Below, one piece after another: positions 9,425 through 19,568 of a stretch of DNA of 64,000 nt. The notes beneath the pieces are model-generated. The model searched no databases and had not been told where the DNA came from. It worked only from the letters and a program-made list of their open reading frames with translations. The DNA is from an uncultured Methylomirabilota bacterium. Its GTDB lineage: Bacteria > Methylomirabilota > Methylomirabilia > Methylomirabilales > 2-02-FULL-66-22. The position numbers were made by a program, and so were the translations under genes. Location: positions 2,656,001 through 2,720,000 of the forward strand of contig OY970067.1 of NCBI GenBank assembly GCA_963705305.1, read 5' to 3'. The first letter of the stretch is position 1, and each line of letters starts with the position of its first letter.

Positions 9425-10279
9425 TTATTGAGGAACTACCTCGTACTCGAGGAAGCTTTTCACTTTTTCGGAGATGGGATAGTGGACATCAGCCTTGGAG
9501 CCGAACCACTTGTCGTACAGTCTGAAATACTCGCCGGTCGCGATGGCGTTCATCAAGGCGCTGTCCACCAGCAAGCGGAAGTCATCATCGTTCCTGCGCA
9601 TGGCCATGCCGTAGGGCTCGTAGGTGTAAAAATCACCCACAACGTCCCATTCGCCGGAATTCGGCGCCTTGTCCTTCAGGCCGACCAACTGGATGCCGTC
9701 ATTCGTGTAGGCGTCGATCTTCCCCTCGGCCAACGCCGTGAAGGCCGCGGCCTGATCCGGGAAGATGACGAGCTGGGCCTGAGGCACCCGCGCGCGCAGG
9801 GCCCGCTCGTTGGTCGAACCCTGCTGGGTGCCGATGCGCTTGCCGGCGATGTCGGCGATGCCGTGAATGGGACTCCCCTTCTTCACCAGGAATTGCGCCC
9901 CCGTGACGAAAAAGGTGAGGCTGAAGGAGACGCTTTCCCGGCGGGACCGCGTGTCCGTCATGGTGCCGGAGATCAGATCCACCGTCCCGCTGCTGAGGAG
10001 CGGGATGCGGGTCGCCGGGGTGCTTTCTTTCAACTCGAACTTGATGGACTTGCCCAGCTTCTTCTCGATGTCCCGATGGACGAGTTTCGCCAAGTCCACC
10101 GAGAACCCCACCCACTCGTTCTGCTTGTTGATGTATCCGAAGGGGGGCGAGGCGGTCCGGGTTCCGACGGTGAACACGCCCGTTCTGTTGATCTTCTCCA
10201 GGGTGGTCTCGGCCCATCCGGCCGTCGTCAAGCCGAGGACGAGCACGGCTACCGCCGCTACGCTCAACGCCTTTCGCAT
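9425..10279 (-). CDS. Polar amino acid (Glu/Asp-type) ABC substrate-binding protein
   Basis: Signal peptide MRKALS...AWA and SBP_bac_3 motifs (SPPFGY, RIPLL..G.VD, QGSTNE, EPYG). Confidence 0.92.
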   Translation of the reverse strand: MRKALSVAAVAVLVLGLTTAGWAETTLEKINRTGVFTVGTRTASPPFGYINKQNEWVGFSVDLAKLVHRDIEKKLGKSIKFELKESTPATRIPLLSSGTVDLISGTMTDTRSRRESVSFSLTFFVTGAQFLVKKGSPIHGIADIAGKRIGTQQGSTNERALRARVPQAQLVIFPDQAAAFTALAEGKIDAYTNDGIQLVGLKDKAPNSGEWDVVGDFYTYEPYGMAMRRNDDDFRLLVDSALMNAIATGEYFRLYDKWFGSKADVHYPISEKVKSFLEYEVVPQ

Positions 10280-10381
10280 CTGCCTCCTCCTCTCTCGGAC
10301 TGTCCAGTGCCGATGACGATCGACGAAGGCGGGGGCCTCTCGATCCACTCGGGCGTCTCGCACCGCCAATCGTCAATCCGA

Positions 10382-11110
10382 TTAGTGGACCAGGATCTTG
10401 CTCAAAAACGTCCGCGTGCGTTCTTCCTTGGGATTGGCGAAGAAATCTTGCGGGTTCCCCTCCTCGATGATCCGCCCCTCGTCCATGAAGATGATGCGGT
10501 GGGCCACCTTCTTGGCGAAGCCCATCTCGTGGGTCACCACCATCATCGTCATGCCCTCCCGGGCCAGATTCACCATGACATCCAGCACTTCGTTGATCAT
10601 CTCGGGATCCAAGGCCGAGGTCGGCTCGTCAAACAGCATGATCTTGGGCTGCATGGCCAGCGCCCGGGCGATGGCCACCCGCTGCTGCTGGCCGCCCGAG
10701 AGCTGGGCGGGATAGTTCTCGGCCTTCTCGGGGATGCCAACCTTGGCCAGCAGGTCCCTCGCGATCCGCTCCCCCTCTGCCCGCGACTGCTTCCGCACCT
10801 TGAGGGGGGCGAGAGTAATGTTGGCGAGCGCGGTCATATGGGGGTAGAGATTGAATTGCTGGAAGACCATGCCGACCTCGGCCCGCAGCCGGGTGATGTC
10901 GGTGGCCCGATCGTTGAGCGGCATGCCGTCCACCACGATCTCGCCCCGCTGGATCGGCTCCAGCTTGTTGATGCAGCGGATCAGCGTGCTCTTGCCGGAG
11001 CCGCTGGGGCCGCAGATGACCACGACTTCGCCCGCGCGAATGTCCAGGTTGATGTCCTTGAGGACATGCAGGACCCCAAACCACTTGTTCACGCCGCGGA
11101 ACTGAATCAC
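10382..11110 (-). CDS. Amino acid ABC transporter ATP-binding protein (GlnQ-like)
   Basis: [24 protein letters not shown] and [11 protein letters not shown] motifs. Confidence 0.96.
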   Translation of the reverse strand: MIQFRGVNKWFGVLHVLKDINLDIRAGEVVVICGPSGSGKSTLIRCINKLEPIQRGEIVVDGMPLNDRATDITRLRAEVGMVFQQFNLYPHMTALANITLAPLKVRKQSRAEGERIARDLLAKVGIPEKAENYPAQLSGGQQQRVAIARALAMQPKIMLFDEPTSALDPEMINEVLDVMVNLAREGMTMMVVTHEMGFAKKVAHRIIFMDEGRIIEEGNPQDFFANPKEERTRTFLSKILVH

Positions 11111-11229
11111 CAGGGGTCCCTCTCGTCACTGGCAGGCCGGCGACCGATGGCTGGCCGCCGCGCATTGCCGCCGCCTAGCTTGTTCGGTGGAGGGTATGGA
11201 CGTTCTTTTGCGGCAGCGGTGTGATCCGC

Positions 11230-11973
11230 TCAGCCCCGGTCTTTGTAGCAGCGCCGGCCGGCCGGCGTTCGCAATTCATCGGCCAGGGCGCGGCGGACGG
11301 CAGCCTGGGCCAGGATCCACGTCGGATCGATGACCGGCACGGACACATCCCCCGACTGGAGGATCAGCGGGATCTCGGTGCAGCCGGCGAGAATACCCTC
11401 GGCCCCACATGCGATCAGCTGCTGGGCGGCCTCGCAAATTTGCCGGCGCGGGCCGTCCAGATCCGAGCCGTGCTTCACGCCGTAGATGGCCTCCATGACG
11501 TGGGTGGCCTGCATGGCGGGATCGGGAGCGATGACGGCCATCCCCTTTGGCTCGAAGAACGACTCGAAGAGGCGAGCCTGGACGGTGCCGGTGGTGGCCA
11601 GGAGTCCCAGCCGGCGCCACTGCGGAGACTGATCCTGCACGGCGGCCAGGGTCTCGCCGATCAGATGCAGCAGGGGGACGGGCACCGAGCGCTGGAGGCC
11701 CTCGTAGAAGTGGTGGGCGGTGACGCACGGCATGGCTAGCAGCTCTGCGCCCGCCCGCACCAACACCTCGGCGGTCGCCACCAGGGCCGGAAGGGGATCG
11801 GGTCCTTCGCCGCGAATGGCGGCGGTCCGATCGGGGATCTGGGGGTTGCTGAAAATGAGGACCTTGAGGTGATCCTGGTCCGAGGCGGCCGGGGTCGCCC
11901 GGATAATCTTCTGGTAAAAGTCAGCCGTGGCCGCCGGGCCCATTCCACCGAGAACACCGATCATTTTCGGCAT
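11230..11973 (-). CDS. Aspartate/glutamate racemase family protein
   Basis: IGVLGGMGPAAT, with two catalytic Cys in PCVTAH and GCTEIP. Confidence 0.93.
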   Translation of the reverse strand: MPKMIGVLGGMGPAATADFYQKIIRATPAASDQDHLKVLIFSNPQIPDRTAAIRGEGPDPLPALVATAEVLVRAGAELLAMPCVTAHHFYEGLQRSVPVPLLHLIGETLAAVQDQSPQWRRLGLLATTGTVQARLFESFFEPKGMAVIAPDPAMQATHVMEAIYGVKHGSDLDGPRRQICEAAQQLIACGAEGILAGCTEIPLILQSGDVSVPVIDPTWILAQAAVRRALADELRTPAGRRCYKDRG

Positions 11974-12061
11974 GGGTCCCTCTCGATCAAGGAGCCACCG
12001 ATTACTGTTTGGCTATCATTACATCCTGCCCCCTCCCTGTCAAGGAAGAGCCGCCTGCCTT

Positions 12062-12203
12062 AATCTCCGGCTAACGTCGAAGGCCGGTAGTGCACATCAG
12101 TCGCGCCCGCATTCATGGCTGCGGGGGCGGCTGCCCGCCTCGGACCTGGTCGCACCCGGCGGGTGGCGCCCCGTAGAGGCGATGCACAAGTTAGCCGGAG
12201 ATT
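12062..12203. repeat. 142-bp segment with perfect 14-bp terminal inverted repeats
   Basis: AATCTCCGGCTAAC (12062-12075) and GTTAGCCGGAGATT (12190-12203). Confidence 0.6.
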
Positions 12204-12790
12204 TGGGGCCTGTTTGTGGTAGCCGCCTGTTCGCCTGTTCGCTGATCCGGTCGCCCGGAGTTTCCCGATTGCAGAGGCAGATCGACGGGATGCTGCCGCA
12301 GGCAGTTCTTCCCCGAAGCCGCGGGGATCGCTCCGGCGTGTCGACCGTGTCTTGCACGCCGGCGCATGGAGGAGGGCGGAGGTCGCTTGCGGCTGGAGCG
12401 TGCTCTCCGAGAGATCTGGGCTTTCCAGCCTCGCCTTGGCGGCGGATGTCAGATGGAAACGGTGCACGTACTCGTGATGTCCGGAGCGATGTTGTGGGGA
12501 CTCTCCATGTTCCGCCGTGTGAGCTGCGAGGACCTCTTGCCCGCCGACGGCCAGCCAAATCGCCTTGCCGAACGAATGCACGCCGAATCGGACATAGTTC
12601 ATTTCGACTGTTGCGAACCAAGAACGATTGAGGTAAAAGGGACAAACAAAAGGCGGTTTGGCGCGAGGATTCTCCAGTGAAGGTCAAAAATGTCCCTTAT
12701 GCCGGACCAGGGGACATGACTTGTTAAACATATTGATGGGGGCTGGGTGAGATGCTTGCCCCGACGGCTCGAGCTTGAGGAGGGCGCCGG

Positions 12791-13243
12791 ATGAAACTGA
12801 CGCGTGGCGGCGAGTACGGAATTCGTGGAGTCCTCTATCTTGCCCAGCAGGAAGAGGGCAAAGTCAGCATGCTCTCGGCGATCGCCAAAGCCCAGGACGT
12901 TCCTCCAAGGTTCCTGGCCAAGATCTTCCAGGCGTTGGCCAAGGCCGGGGTGGTCAAGTCCCACCGCGGGGCTAAGGGAGGATTCTCTCTGGGGCGTGCG
13001 GCCTCCGAGATCACCATCAGGGATGTCATCGAGGCTGTAGAGGGGCCGATTTATCTTAATGTCTGCCTCATGGGTCCCGGGGAGTGCGAGCGAGACCATC
13101 TCTGTCCCGTTCACGCCGTCTGGGAGGAGGCTCAAGAAAAGATGATGAGCGTCCTGGCTCGGACCAATTTCGGGGACTTGGCAAAATCGGCCAGGCAGCT
13201 GGAGCTGGTCAACATCTCGTCCTCGCAGCCTTCCAGGCCGTAG
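12791..13243 (+). CDS. Rrf2 family (IscR/NsrR-like) Fe-S transcriptional regulator
   Basis: MKLTR..EYG, wHTH SHRGAKGGF and three Cys (CLMGPGECERDHLC). Confidence 0.93.
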   Translation: MKLTRGGEYGIRGVLYLAQQEEGKVSMLSAIAKAQDVPPRFLAKIFQALAKAGVVKSHRGAKGGFSLGRAASEITIRDVIEAVEGPIYLNVCLMGPGECERDHLCPVHAVWEEAQEKMMSVLARTNFGDLAKSARQLELVNISSSQPSRP

Positions 13244-13283
13244 GGCTTCTTTTGGGGGCCTCGAGGCCGCTGCGATCTCAGGC

Positions 13284-13320
13284 GCGGGCGGCTGGCGGGA
13301 GCGCCGGCGCCCGCTCTTTT
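13284..13320 (+). terminator. Putative intrinsic terminator after the Rrf2 gene
   Basis: GC-rich stem GCGGGCG..CGCCCGC followed by TCTTTTT. Confidence 0.55.
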
Positions 13321-13424
13321 ATTGCGGCCTTTTGGGATGGCACATTTCAGGGCCAACCCGTTCGGGGCTCAAGCACCCTTCCGGTTGCAAATCGCCCTCC
13401 CGTAGGCTATGATCCGCAGCGAAA

Positions 13425-16085
13425 ATGCGCGATTTCGAGGTGTACGGTATGCCGGCTCCGGCGAGTTATAGCTCTGCGATTGCCGACCACATTCTGCCGT
13501 TCATCAGCAAGCCGTCCCGCTACGTGGCGGGGGAGTGGAATAGCGTGATCAAGGACCCGGATGCGGTCGACGTCCGGGTGGCCCTGGCCTTCCCGGATAC
13601 CTACGAGATCGGGATGTCGCACATGGGCCTCAAGATCCTCTACCAGCTGCTGAACGCCAGACAAGGGATCCAGGCCGAGCGGGCCTACGCGCCCTGGCCG
13701 GATGCCGAGGCCTTGTTCCGCCGCCACGGCATCCCGCTCTACAGCCACGAGTCCGACCGGCCCCTGGCGGACTTCGACGTCCTCGGCTTCACCCTCCAGT
13801 ACGAACTGTCCTTTGCCACCATCCTGGCCATGCTCGACCTGGCCGGGATCCCGCTGTACAGCCGGGATCGCGACGGGCGCCATCCCCTGGTCCTGGCGGG
13901 CGGGCCGGTGGCCTTCAACCCGGAACCGATGGCCGATTTCATGGACGGTTTCCTCATCGGCGACGGCGAGGAGGCGACCCTGGAGGTCTGCAACGTCGTC
14001 CGGGAGTGGAAGCGACAGGGCGGCCGGCGCGGCGAGTTGCTGCGGGCCCTCAAGGGGATCGCCGGCATGTACGTCCCGGCCCTGCACCGGCCGGGCGAGG
14101 TCGTCCGCAAGCGAACGGCCCTCCGCCTGGACGGAGTGGACTACGGGAAGTTCCCCGTCCCCTACATGGAGATCGTGCACGACCGGGCCAACCTCGAGGT
14201 CATGCGCGGCTGCGCCCAGGGCTGCCGGTTCTGTCAGGCCGGGTATATCTACCGGCCGGTCCGCGAGCACTCGGCCCCGGCCATCCGCCGGATGGCGGAG
14301 CGGGCGCTGGCAGGCACCGGCTACGAAGAGGTGTCGCTCTCGGCGCTGTCCATCGCGGACCTGTCCTGCCTGCGGGACCTCGTGCCACCGCTGATGGCCG
14401 ATCTGGCTCCCGACAAGACGTCCCTCAGCCTGCCGTCGCTCCGGGTCGAGGCCCTCAACCGGAACCCCGAGCTCGCACAGGAGATTGGCAGGGTCCGCAA
14501 GACCGGGTTCACCATCGCCCCGGAGGCGGGCTCGGCGCGCCTGCGCACGGTCATCAATAAGGAAGGCTTCGACGAGGAGCAGATCTTCACGGCGGTTCGC
14601 ACTGCCGCCCGCGCGGGCTGGGAATCGGTGAAGTTTTACTTCATGATCGGGCTGCCCACCGAGGCCCAGGAGGATCTGGACGAGCTGGTGCGCGTGGCCC
14701 GGGAGTCGGCGCGGATCGCGCGGCAGGAGCGGTCGCGCGGCTTCGGCCTCACCGTGAGCGCCAGCTCCTTCGTCCCCAAGCCGCATACGCCCTTCCAGTG
14801 GTTCGCGCAGGAGCCGATGTCCGTGCTGAAGGAGAAGCAGGCTTATCTGCGCGCGCGGCTGCGCGAGGCGCGGATCGATTTCAAGTGGCATCAGGTCGAG
14901 TCATCGTTCCTGGAGGCGGTTTTCAGCCTGGCCGGCCGGGAGGTGGGTGCCGCCATCGCCCTGGGCATGCAGCGAGGGTGCCGGTTCGACGGGTGGACGG
15001 AACAGCTCCGCTTCGAGACCTGGATGGAGGTCCTGCACGAGACCGGCGTGGACCCCATGGCCATCGCCAATTCCCCGCGCGACCCGGCGGGACCGCTGGC
15101 CTGGGATCATATCGACTGCGGGGTCTCCAAATCCTACCTCCAGCGGGAGTACGCCAGAGCTCTCCGGGTGAAAGGGACCCCGGACTGCCACGTGGGCCCG
15201 TGCGGCAGCTGCGGCGAGATCTGCGTTCCCAGCTGGCGGCGCTGGGCCCAGGAGGTCGGCATGCTGCCGGCCGGGGAATCCGGGGCCGCCGCGCCGCCCG
15301 CGGCACACCAGGCCGCGGGCCGGAGGCTCGATCCGCCGGCGCCTGTGGATGAGCCGGTCCCGCCGAGCCCGTCCGTCCCGCTGCAGCCGGTGCAAAGAAT
15401 CCAATTCGAATTCCAGAAGGTGGGAAGGCTTCGCTACCTCTCCCACCTTGAACTGATGCGGGCGCTCCAGCGCGCACTGCGGCGCGCCGGCGTCCCCGTC
15501 GCCCACACGCAGGGCTTCAACCCCCAGCCGCGCCTTTCCATCGCCCAGGCTTTGGCCGTCGGCGTGGAGGGCCTCCGCGAGCTGGGAGAGGTGGAGCTGG
15601 TCAGGCGGGTGGATCCGGTGGGACTGCCGGCGGGCTGGAACGCGCACCTGGCGCCCGAGCTCAAGATTCTCCGGGCATGGGAAGCCCCCCTGCAGGGGCC
15701 GTCGCTTTCCACCGGGGTACGGGGTGCGGTGTACCGGATCCAGTTGCAGCCGAACGGCTGGGGTGCGTTTGTCCTGGCCGATCTCGGCACCACCGAGGCC
15801 TGTGCCGCCTTCCTGGCGCAGGACCCCATTCCCGTCGAGGTGCAGAAGAAGGGCCAATCCGTCCGCCTCGACGCGCGCCCTTTCATCCAGGGATTCACCG
15901 CCGCGAGTACCGCGGGCCGGCCCGAGTGGGCGTTGGTCCTGCGGGCCGGCCTGGGAGGCAGCGTCAAGCCCCAGGCGGTCATGCGGAGCTTCCTGGGACA
16001 GGGCGTTCCCCCCGGTGAGCTGGAGCACCTGATCTCGTCCCTGCGGATCGCGCGCACGGCCCTCGCCCTTGAGGGCCAGGGGTAG
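13425..16085 (+). CDS. TIGR03960-type B12-binding radical SAM protein fused to a TIGR03936-type radical SAM-linked domain
   Basis: KPSRY..GE.N, FPDTYEIGMSH and CAQGCRFC (CxxxCxxC); C-terminal YLSHLELMR..QRALRR...GFNP.P. Confidence 0.9.
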   Translation: MRDFEVYGMPAPASYSSAIADHILPFISKPSRYVAGEWNSVIKDPDAVDVRVALAFPDTYEIGMSHMGLKILYQLLNARQGIQAERAYAPWPDAEALFRRHGIPLYSHESDRPLADFDVLGFTLQYELSFATILAMLDLAGIPLYSRDRDGRHPLVLAGGPVAFNPEPMADFMDGFLIGDGEEATLEVCNVVREWKRQGGRRGELLRALKGIAGMYVPALHRPGEVVRKRTALRLDGVDYGKFPVPYMEIVHDRANLEVMRGCAQGCRFCQAGYIYRPVREHSAPAIRRMAERALAGTGYEEVSLSALSIADLSCLRDLVPPLMADLAPDKTSLSLPSLRVEALNRNPELAQEIGRVRKTGFTIAPEAGSARLRTVINKEGFDEEQIFTAVRTAARAGWESVKFYFMIGLPTEAQEDLDELVRVARESARIARQERSRGFGLTVSASSFVPKPHTPFQWFAQEPMSVLKEKQAYLRARLREARIDFKWHQVESSFLEAVFSLAGREVGAAIALGMQRGCRFDGWTEQLRFETWMEVLHETGVDPMAIANSPRDPAGPLAWDHIDCGVSKSYLQREYARALRVKGTPDCHVGPCGSCGEICVPSWRRWAQEVGMLPAGESGAAAPPAAHQAAGRRLDPPAPVDEPVPPSPSVPLQPVQRIQFEFQKVGRLRYLSHLELMRALQRALRRAGVPVAHTQGFNPQPRLSIAQALAVGVEGLRELGEVELVRRVDPVGLPAGWNAHLAPELKILRAWEAPLQGPSLSTGVRGAVYRIQLQPNGWGAFVLADLGTTEACAAFLAQDPIPVEVQKKGQSVRLDARPFIQGFTAASTAGRPEWALVLRAGLGGSVKPQAVMRSFLGQGVPPGELEHLISSLRIARTALALEGQG

Positions 16086-16166
16086 GCCTCCCGGGTCTCC
16101 GCGTCCTCCCCTCCAACGGAGGTGGGATTCCTGCGGACGGGCGGGCGGAGGTTCGAGGTCTGCCAC

Positions 16167-17720
16167 ATGAAACGCGAGATCATTGTCAATTCCTCCCTGG
16201 TGGAGACCCGGGTGGCCGTCATCGAAGACGGCACCCTGGTCGAGCTCCTCATCGACGACTCCCATTCGCAGAGCCTGGCCGGGAACATCTACAAGGGGCG
16301 GGTCCTGAAGATCCTGCCCGGCATGCAGGCTGCCTTCGTGGACATCGGCTTGCCCCGGGACGCATTCCTGTACGTGCGGGACATCTGGGAGGAGATGGAG
16401 ACGTACGAGGAGCTCCTGGCCCTCGGCGAGGAAGAGGGGGAAGGGGAGCTGCCGGCGGTCGAGCCGGAGGCCCCGCCGGCCAAGGCCGGCCGGCGCAACC
16501 GCCCGCGGCACGCGTCCCACGTTTCCATCGAAGAGCTCATCCAGGAGGGCCAGGAGGTGCTGGTGCAGGTGGCGCGGGAGCCCTTGGGCACCAAGGGGGC
16601 GCGCATCACCTCGCACATCACCCTGCCGGGGCGCTATCTGGTGTACATGCCCACGGAGTCCCATGTAGGTGTCTCCCGCAAGATCGAGAGCGAGGCCGAG
16701 CGCAGCCGCCTGAAGCAGGTGATCGAAGAGGTGAACGCGGCGCGGGAAGGCATCATCGTCCGGACGGCCGGGGTGGGGCGGGCGAAGGGGGAGATCCAGG
16801 CGGACTTCGAGTTCCTGCGCTCCACCTGGCGGGCCATCCGGGCCAAGGGGGAGACCCTCAACGCCCCGGCCCTGGTCCAGAAGGACCTGGATCTGATCTT
16901 CCGCATCTTCCGCGACCTGATCACCAAGGACGTGACCCGCCTGGTGGTGGACTCGGCCGTCGAGTACGAGCGCTGCATGGAGTACACGGAGTCGCTGTTC
17001 CCGGAGCTCCGCCAGCTCCTGTTTCTGTACACCGAGGACGAGCCGATCTTCAAGAGCTTCGGCATCGAGCGCGAGGTGGAGAAGGCCCTGCGCAGCAAGG
17101 TCTGGCTGAAGTCGGGGGGTTACCTGGTCATCGAGCAGACGGAGGCCCTGGTGTCGGTGGATGTCAACACCGGGAAGTACGTCGGGAAGCACGACTTCGA
17201 GGAGACCATCCTCAAGACCAACCGCGAGGCGGCGGCCGAGATCGCGCGCCAGGTGCGCTTGCGGGACCTGGGCGGCATCATCATCATCGACTTCATCGAC
17301 ATGGCCCGCCAGGAGAACCGGGACAAGGTCATGGCCGAGCTCAAGGAGGCGCTGAAGGTCGACCGGTCGCCCACCAATGTCTCTCTGATCTCGGAGCTGG
17401 GGCTGGTGGAAATGACCCGCAAGCGGGTGCGCCAGGGGCTGAACCAGTCCCTCAGCCAGACCTGCGCCGCCTGCGGCGGCCTGGGCTGGGTTCGCTCCAC
17501 CGCGTCGATCGCGCACCAGGCTCTGCGCGAGGTGGAGTGGCGGATGAGCCACAAGGGGCTGCCCCGGATCAAGATCCGGGCCGCCCGCGATCTGGTGGAC
17601 TGGATGAAGGCCGAGGAGGCGGAGGTCCTGGACACTCTGCGGCAGACCCTGGGCGGGGAGATCGAGATCCTGCCCGAAGAGACCTACCCGCCGGGCAAGT
17701 ACTCGCTGCTGGAAGGGTAG
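16167..17720 (+). CDS. rng: Ribonuclease E/G family (RNase G-like)
   Basis: GNIYKGRV..ILPGMQAAFVDIG, DVNTG, RLRDLGGIIIIDFIDM and CAACGG motifs. Confidence 0.92.
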   Translation: MKREIIVNSSLVETRVAVIEDGTLVELLIDDSHSQSLAGNIYKGRVLKILPGMQAAFVDIGLPRDAFLYVRDIWEEMETYEELLALGEEEGEGELPAVEPEAPPAKAGRRNRPRHASHVSIEELIQEGQEVLVQVAREPLGTKGARITSHITLPGRYLVYMPTESHVGVSRKIESEAERSRLKQVIEEVNAAREGIIVRTAGVGRAKGEIQADFEFLRSTWRAIRAKGETLNAPALVQKDLDLIFRIFRDLITKDVTRLVVDSAVEYERCMEYTESLFPELRQLLFLYTEDEPIFKSFGIEREVEKALRSKVWLKSGGYLVIEQTEALVSVDVNTGKYVGKHDFEETILKTNREAAAEIARQVRLRDLGGIIIIDFIDMARQENRDKVMAELKEALKVDRSPTNVSLISELGLVEMTRKRVRQGLNQSLSQTCAACGGLGWVRSTASIAHQALREVEWRMSHKGLPRIKIRAARDLVDWMKAEEAEVLDTLRQTLGGEIEILPEETYPPGKYSLLEG

Positions 17721-18089
17721 GTACGTCCTCCCGATCCCTGCCAGCCGCGGGAGCGAAGAGCCGGCATTCGGCGCCATGGACGGCGGCTCTCTCGAAGAGC
17801 CGGTTGACCTGCTGGACCTTGGCGCCGCTCTGGCCCGCCTGATCGACCCCACCGACACCTGTAGGGGGCGACGTCCCGCATCCCAGTGGAGCCAGCACTT
17901 GTGACGCTGGGGGAAGGGCTAGCCGCCACCAATGCCCTGCCTGGCGCCCTGCTGCGAAGGGCGTTCTCAGGGGCGCCTTGAAAGTTTCCTTGCAAAGCGC
18001 CGAGAGCTTTGAAAGAATCTGGCCGTTTTCTTTGAAAGCGTTTTGCGCTTTTGAACCCGGCTTTGAAGGCTGTAATGGAGGACTGCTGC

Positions 18090-19277
18090 GTGGAACCAGG
18101 GGAATTTCGAGCGCCAGCCGCAGGCAAGGTCATCCAGAGTCGCGCCGGATACACGGCTTTCGTTCCCGCGCCTCTGCCGCCTGCACTCGACTATTCCGCC
18201 GAGCTTGTGTTGACGCTCTCGCGCGCCGACGCCGCGCTCAGTGAGCTTTCAGGGCTGGGCCGTCATCTGCCGAATCCACATCTCTTGATTGCACCGTATG
18301 TCCGGCGCGAGGCGGTGCTCTCATCTCGTATTGAGGGGACGCGGGCGACCTTATCCGACCTCCTGATGGAAGAGGTCGGCGCGCACGCGGCCAATGGTGA
18401 TCCGGAGGATGTGAGGGAGGTGCGCAACTACGTCGCCGCTCTAGAGTACGGCTTGGAGCGCCTGGAGAGTCTGCCGCTGTCGCTCCGCCTTGTGAGGGAG
18501 CTGCGTGAGCGCCTCATGAAGGGGGTGCGAGGGGAGCGGGCGACGCCGGGGGAATTCCGACGGTCGCAGAATTGGATTGGCCCGCCCGGAAGTACGCTCG
18601 AGACCGCGCCGTATGTTCCACCTCCACCGGACGAAATGCAGGAAGCCCTCTCCACTTGGGAGAAGTTCCTGCACGAGCGGAATCAGCTCCCAGAGCTCAT
18701 CCAGTGCGCCCTCATTTACGAGCAGTTCGAGGCGATCCATCCGTTCCTGGACGGGAATGGCCGGGTGGGGCGCTTGCTCATCCCTCTATTCTTGATCGAG
18801 CGGGGTCGCCTTTCGCAGCCACTCCTGTATCTGTCGGCCTACATCGAGGCGCATCGCCACGAGTACTATGATCGCCTCCAGACGGTGCGGACGGACGGGG
18901 ACTGGAATGGGTGGTTGCTCTTCTTCCTCGCTGGCGTGATCGAGACCGCGTGGCAGGGGGTGAAACAGGCTGGGAGCCTGATGGATCTACGCGAGAAGTT
19001 CCGCGCCCAGCTCCGCAACAAGCCAAGGGCGCTTCTTCTGCTCGACGAACTATTCGTCAACCCCTACCTCACTGTTGCCAGGACGGTCCACCTCCTGAAG
19101 GTGTCCGACCCGACTGCACGCCAAGCTGTGCAACTGCTTGAGAAGTGCGGGATGCTGGAGGAGGTTACGGGGAGGGAGTGGGGTCGCCTATATCTCGCTC
19201 GGCCAATCCTCAACGCTATTGAGGGCAAGGTTCCCCAAAGACCCTCCGCCAAAGTGCGGAAGCGCGACGCGATCTGA
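18090..19277 (+). CDS. Fic family protein (N-terminal DUF4172/Fic_N-like region, C-terminal HTH-like region)
   Basis: EAVLSSRIEGT, PGEFRRSQNWIG and Fic motif HPFLDGNGRVGR. GTG start after a GGAGG SD. Confidence 0.93.
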   Translation: MEPGEFRAPAAGKVIQSRAGYTAFVPAPLPPALDYSAELVLTLSRADAALSELSGLGRHLPNPHLLIAPYVRREAVLSSRIEGTRATLSDLLMEEVGAHAANGDPEDVREVRNYVAALEYGLERLESLPLSLRLVRELRERLMKGVRGERATPGEFRRSQNWIGPPGSTLETAPYVPPPPDEMQEALSTWEKFLHERNQLPELIQCALIYEQFEAIHPFLDGNGRVGRLLIPLFLIERGRLSQPLLYLSAYIEAHRHEYYDRLQTVRTDGDWNGWLLFFLAGVIETAWQGVKQAGSLMDLREKFRAQLRNKPRALLLLDELFVNPYLTVARTVHLLKVSDPTARQAVQLLEKCGMLEEVTGREWGRLYLARPILNAIEGKVPQRPSAKVRKRDAI

Positions 19278-19568
19278 CCCGGGCTCCTATTTTCGATGTT
19301 CGGCAAAATCGAAAACAACGGCCTATGTTGTTTTCGGCATCGAAAATGGTGGTGCGATGAAACCCAACGGAAAGCGGCTGGCCACGCAGCAGTAGAGAAC
19401 GAAGTGGCTCGCCGCGGGCCGGAATTGCTTGACACTTTCGGACCTCCATGTTATAGAAAATCCCCCGTCTCAGGATGAGGCGGGATCGCTTTTTTTGGTG
19501 AGGCGAGGCCTGAAGACTCGCCGATCGTGTCAGGCAGTTTCGCGCGGCCTGGAATGGAAGGAGCACCC

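Noticed and set aside
12060..12687. ORFs of 104-234 aa in the racemase-Rrf2 gap
   Set aside because: No motifs, atypical codon usage and overlapping on both strands, so none could be supported.
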